Shown here: positions 61,758-64,000 of the stretch, one piece after another
Position numbering within the stretch: position 1 is the first letter of the stretch
Layout: each line of letters starts with the position of its first letter
Origin: Verrucomicrobiota bacterium
GTDB lineage: Bacteria; Verrucomicrobiota; Verrucomicrobiia; Limisphaerales; AAA164-E04
Length of the DNA stretch: 64,000 nucleotides
Direction of reading: 5' to 3'
Assembly (NCBI GenBank): GCA_047947115.1
Contig: CP170459.1
Coordinates: 6,016,781 to 6,080,780, forward strand
Notes under the pieces: generated by a model
Seen by the model: only the letters and a program-made list of their open reading frames with translations
Told to the model about the DNA's origin: nothing
Database searches by the model: none
Made by a program: the position numbers and the translations under genes

Positions 61758-62996
61758 ATGAGAAAACCAACACTATTCGTACTGTTTTTGATCGTCTTCG
61801 CCGACCTGGTGGGGTTCGGTATCGTGCTTCCCTTGTTGCCACTTTACTCAGAACAATTTGGCGCTTCTGGACTTGCGATCGGTTGCATCGTAGCATCCTA
61901 CAACTTGATGCAGTTCTTCTTTGCTCCTTGGCTGGGTAAACTATCCGACCGCATCGGACGCCGCCCTATCATCCTGATCAGCACGGCAGGTTCGACTGTT
62001 TCCTATGCCATGTTCGGCTACGCCAGCGGACTCGAAGGTACCTACGGGCTCATGATGCTACTCTTGTCGCGCGTCTTCGCAGGTATTTGCGGAGCCAACC
62101 TCTCGGTAGCCTCGGCTTATGTAGCCGATATCACGCCTCCAGAAAAACGCTCACGCGGGGTGGGGTTGGTTATTGGGATGGGCTTTGGACTGGGTTTCAT
62201 TTTCGGACCGCTCATCGGTGGTCTTTCAGATCATTTTCTCGGCCCCCAGGGTCCGGGCTGGGTGGCGGCCTCCATCTGTTTTCTTAATTTTGTTGCCGCC
62301 TGCTTCATCCTCTCCGAGAGCCGGGCAAAAGACGCCAAACCCGCCGTCAAACGCGCCCAGTGGGCCCAGTGGGCGCATACACTTGGCCAGCCCAAACTGC
62401 GCTTGTTGGTCACCCTTGTTTTTCTGGCAAGCCTATGCTTCGCCTGTTTCGAAACCACTTTGCCACTCTTGATGGTCGATTACATGGGATTCGAGCGTAA
62501 GGAATGTTATTACTTCCTGGCCTATTCAGGTTTCATAGCCACCATGGTCCAAGGAGGAGCCATCGGTCGACTCGTTCATCGTTTTGGAGAAAAACCCCTG
62601 ATCTTTGCGAGTTTCTTTGGATTAACTCTCAGCTTTTTCATGATTCCAGCCAGTTCAAATGTCGCCTGGATCCTCGTTTCACTCGCAGTCTATGCCATTT
62701 TTTCAGGCATCAATCGCGCTCCCTTGACGGGATTGATCTCTATTATTTCACCCGATAACGAACAAGGTTCCAACCTTGGGGTATCCCAAAGCGCTTCTGC
62801 CGTCGCCCGCATTATTGGCCCGCCCATGGCCACCATGTTCTATGGTCTGCACCAACCTCTACCCTACTGGGTTTGCGGTGTCATTGCCCTGGTGGCGGGT
62901 CTCATCGCCGGGGCATTCCTAAGCAAACTTCTGGGCCAAACCCAGGATGGCAAAGGAGGAAGCGCCGCCCGCGAACAACAAGCCTCAGAAAGCTGA
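61758..62996 (+). CDS. MFS transporter (DHA1/TetA-like)
   Basis: GKLSDRIGRRP, SRVFAGICGAN, GLGFIFGPLIGG, ARIIGP. Confidence 0.92.
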   Translation: MRKPTLFVLFLIVFADLVGFGIVLPLLPLYSEQFGASGLAIGCIVASYNLMQFFFAPWLGKLSDRIGRRPIILISTAGSTVSYAMFGYASGLEGTYGLMMLLLSRVFAGICGANLSVASAYVADITPPEKRSRGVGLVIGMGFGLGFIFGPLIGGLSDHFLGPQGPGWVAASICFLNFVAACFILSESRAKDAKPAVKRAQWAQWAHTLGQPKLRLLVTLVFLASLCFACFETTLPLLMVDYMGFERKECYYFLAYSGFIATMVQGGAIGRLVHRFGEKPLIFASFFGLTLSFFMIPASSNVAWILVSLAVYAIFSGINRAPLTGLISIISPDNEQGSNLGVSQSASAVARIIGPPMATMFYGLHQPLPYWVCGVIALVAGLIAGAFLSKLLGQTQDGKGGSAAREQQASES

Positions 62997-63003
62997 ACGG
63001 ATC

Positions 63004-64000
63004 ATGCATTTCGCCGGTCACGTCGGGAAAACTCCAATACGTGCCTTGATGGTCGGAATACTGACGACCTTGCTCTTGGAATGTTCAAGCTGCCCTGGTG
63101 CTGCCGAGAACTGGCCCCAATTCCGGGGCCCACATGGACAAGGTCGAGCTTCGGATTCAAACCTCCCCTTACCATTCGGCCCCGAAACACCCGTGCTCTG
63201 GAAGAAGGATCTGCAGCAGGGACATTCCTCACCATGTATCTGGGAGGACACACTGTTTCTAACGATGTTTGAATCAGAACAACTCACCACCGTCGCAATG
63301 AACCGCCATGACGGCTCGGTGATTTGGAAACAATCGATCCCACCCACCCGCATCGAAAAAGGACACCGCAACGGAACTCCCGCCAATTCCACCCCTATCA
63401 CGGACGGTCGGTTTGTTTATGTTTATTTCGGTTCTTTCGGATTGGTGACATACGACTTCGAAGGAACCGAACGATGGCGCCTCCCATTACCCGTGCCCAT
63501 CACACAACACGGCGCATCCTCCTCCCCCCTGCTGGCAAACGGACGGATCATCCTCCAGGTAGATCAGGATGTGGATTCACATTTGCTCGGTGTGGATGCG
63601 CTAAATGGAAAAACACTTTGGAAAACGCCTCGTCCAGGATTCCGCCGCGGATTCTCCACCCCCATCGCATGGCCACCAGCCAATCCGGAAACGGTCATCA
63701 CCTCCGGCACCCTCAGGGTGTGCTCCTATGATCTAAACAATGGCCGACTCCTCTGGGAAATGGGAGGTCTCCCCAATGAAACCGTTGCTTCCCCGGCATT
63801 CGATGAGGACCGCCTCTACATCTCAGGTTGGACCATGGGATCCGGAGTGGCCCGGATGCCCGACTTTGACGAGTTGTTGAAAGAGGATGCCAATGCCAAT
63901 ACTCTTATCGAAAAAGAAGAGGCCACCGGCCCGGCACGCATGCACTTTGGATACATTGATGCCAACAAAGACAACCGCATTGATCGTGAGGAATGGGAAA
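63004..64000 (+). CDS. PQQ-like (BamB-type) beta-propeller protein with EF-hand motifs, runs off window
   Basis: Read by hand from ATG 63004 (not in ORF track): ENWPQFRGPHGQG, GHSSP, FGSFG, DFEGTERW, DANKDNRIDREEW. Confidence 0.88.
   Translation, partial: MHFAGHVGKTPIRALMVGILTTLLLECSSCPGAAENWPQFRGPHGQGRASDSNLPLPFGPETPVLWKKDLQQGHSSPCIWEDTLFLTMFESEQLTTVAMNRHDGSVIWKQSIPPTRIEKGHRNGTPANSTPITDGRFVYVYFGSFGLVTYDFEGTERWRLPLPVPITQHGASSSPLLANGRIILQVDQDVDSHLLGVDALNGKTLWKTPRPGFRRGFSTPIAWPPANPETVITSGTLRVCSYDLNNGRLLWEMGGLPNETVASPAFDEDRLYISGWTMGSGVARMPDFDELLKEDANANTLIEKEEATGPARMHFGYIDANKDNRIDREEWE

Overview
Gene-dense 64 kb bacterial segment, most likely from a PVC-superphylum organism and probably Verrucomicrobiota. 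This is inferred from the DUF1501 and DUF1549/DUF1553 pair, prepilin-type H-X9-DG proteins, an ASPIC/UnbV protein, sulfatases, and kinase-associated ECF sigma factors. It holds about 43 coding regions. These include carbohydrate and sulfate-ester catabolism genes (SSS symporter, 2 sulfatases, SASA esterase, Asp-box hydrolase, kdgK, sugar ABC transporter, PQQ-type dehydrogenase-cytochrome c fusion), large secreted proteins, a VapBC-type toxin-antitoxin pair, a two-permease RND system, mnmA and htpG. I found no rRNA, tRNA, CRISPR array or transposase. The most notable observations are five. (1) An ECF sigma factor and a WD40 Ser/Thr kinase flank a half-subtilase that lacks the catalytic Asp and His. 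(2) A ~190-bp MITE-like element with 8-nt periodic arms occurs in three copies, among several other intergenic hairpin and REP families clustered in 16.8-30.6 kb. (3) Two unrelated secreted proteins share a C-terminal motif. (4) A G6-tract frameshift splits an Asp-box hydrolase gene. (5) A 24-bp perfect palindrome overlaps the probably leaderless TA promoter. All annotation is by eye, and novelty could not be checked against databases.
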